Shown one piece after another: positions 44,404 through 45,455 of a stretch of DNA of 45,455 bases (the stretch's first letter is position 1; every line of letters starts with the position of its first letter). The stretch lies in contig CAZQII010000004.1 in NCBI GenBank assembly GCA_964593825.1, positions 1-45,455 of the forward strand. The letters run 5' to 3'. Made by a program: the position numbers and the translations under genes. The stretch comes from an uncultured Ruminococcus sp. Lineage in GTDB: Bacteria > Bacillota > Clostridia > Oscillospirales > CAG-272. The notes beneath the pieces are model-generated. The model saw only the letters and a program-made list of their open reading frames with translations, did not search any database and had not been told where the DNA came from.

Positions 44404-45455
44404 ATGGCACATCTTAAAAGATCATCGAGATTTGACGGCGTCGAGGGACCGCTTCTTACAATAGTGATGGACGGAGTCGGCATAGCTCCGAACAACGGCG
44501 CAAACGCAGTTGCCGCCGCAAACACACCGACCCTTGACAGATTGATGAAGGATTATCCGACGCTTTCGATAAAGGCGCACGGCACCGCAGTGGGACTCCC
44601 CGGCGACGACGACATGGGTAACTCCGAGGTCGGACATAACGCTCTCGGCTCCGGTCAGGTATTTGCCCAGGGCGCAAAGCTTGTTTCACAGTCCATTGAA
44701 ACCGGCAAGATCTTCGCATCCGAGACGTGGCGCACCCTGATTGACGGAGTGAAGGCGAATAAGTCCACGCTTCATTTCCTCGGACTCTTCTCCGACGGAA
44801 ACGTTCATTCTCATATAAATCATCTCAAGGCACTTATAGAGGCCGCAAAGCGTGACGGAGTCGGCAGAGTCAGAGTGCACATTCTTCTTGACGGCAGAGA
44901 TGTCGGCGAGACCAGCGCGCTTGATTATGTATGCCCGTTTGAGGAATATTTGGACACGCTCCGCTCCGATGATTTTGACATTATGATCGCCTCTGGCGGC
45001 GGACGCATGCAGATTACGATGGACAGATATGAGGCAAACTGGCAGATGGTCGAAAAGGGCTGGTGCACTCACGTCCTCGGCGAGGGCAGACAGTTCGCAA
45101 GTGCTGAGGAGGCCATCACCGCATACAGAAACGAGTTTAAGGTCATAGACCAGGATCTTCCTCCGTTCGTTATCGCAAAGGACGGCACCCCCGTCGGCAC
45201 GGTCAACGACGGCGACAGCGTTATATTCTTCAACTTCCGCGGCGACCGCTCCATCGAGATATCGAAGGCGTTTGAGGCGGGTGCCGATTTCGATAAATTC
45301 GACAGAAAGAGAGTGCCGAGCGTTCTTTATGCCGGCATGCTCGAATACGACGGAGATCTTCACATTCCCTCGCGCTATCTTGTCAATCCGCCCGAAATAA
45401 CGAACACGATGACGGAATACATGGTCGGGGAGGGCATAACTCAGCTTGCAATCTC
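44404..45455 (+). CDS. gpmI: 2,3-bisphosphoglycerate-independent phosphoglycerate mutase (runs off the window end)
   Basis: Not in the ORF track. Hand translation: MAHLKRSS...VMDGVG...[25 protein letters not shown]...[10 protein letters not shown]...LDGRD...GGR...MDRY...FNFRGDR. Confidence 0.95.
   Translation, partial: MAHLKRSSRFDGVEGPLLTIVMDGVGIAPNNGANAVAAANTPTLDRLMKDYPTLSIKAHGTAVGLPGDDDMGNSEVGHNALGSGQVFAQGAKLVSQSIETGKIFASETWRTLIDGVKANKSTLHFLGLFSDGNVHSHINHLKALIEAAKRDGVGRVRVHILLDGRDVGETSALDYVCPFEEYLDTLRSDDFDIMIASGGGRMQITMDRYEANWQMVEKGWCTHVLGEGRQFASAEEAITAYRNEFKVIDQDLPPFVIAKDGTPVGTVNDGDSVIFFNFRGDRSIEISKAFEAGADFDKFDRKRVPSVLYAGMLEYDGDLHIPSRYLVNPPEITNTMTEYMVGEGITQLAI

Noticed and set aside
1-45455. 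CRISPR arrays, tRNA/rRNA genes, IS elements, prophage or defence genes
   Set aside because: None was seen. Intergenic gaps are short and explained by promoters and terminators, and no transposase or integrase motifs appear in the ORFs.

Overview
This looks like core chromosome from an anaerobic Clostridia-type Firmicute (inferred from the T-box, sigma-A promoters, clostridial ferredoxin and [FeFe]-hydrogenase). From left to right: (1) the 5' end of thrS under a Thr T-box, an uncharacterised ~705-aa glycoside-hydrolase-like protein and a His15-less HPr-like protein; (2) holB-ricT-ferredoxin-trmM-rsmI, divergent from metG-tatD; (3) a LysM protein with a degenerate GH18-like domain and an orphan PqqD/RRE + S24/S26 peptidase pair; (4) a ~17 kb hexuronate/carbohydrate region: GPH symporter, uxuA-uxuB, a YgjV/beta-propeller fusion, GH36-EamA, a six-hairpin glycosidase-like protein, three AraC regulators, plsY and uxaB-uxaA; (5) a group A3-type [FeFe]-hydrogenase operon with embedded DRTGG and HATPase genes; (6) an HssRS-like two-component system upstream of fakB-fakA-plsY-yfcE; (7) a lone type IIA topoisomerase B subunit and the 5' part of gpmI. 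I saw no rRNA, tRNA, CRISPR array, transposase or integrase. The best candidates for undescribed biology are a probable intramembrane-sensing TCS regulon over fatty-acid salvage (the same triple 11-bp repeat sits at both promoters), the YgjV-propeller fusion with an internal start, and the orphan RRE-peptidase pair. All family assignments come from motifs recognised by eye; no database searches were run.
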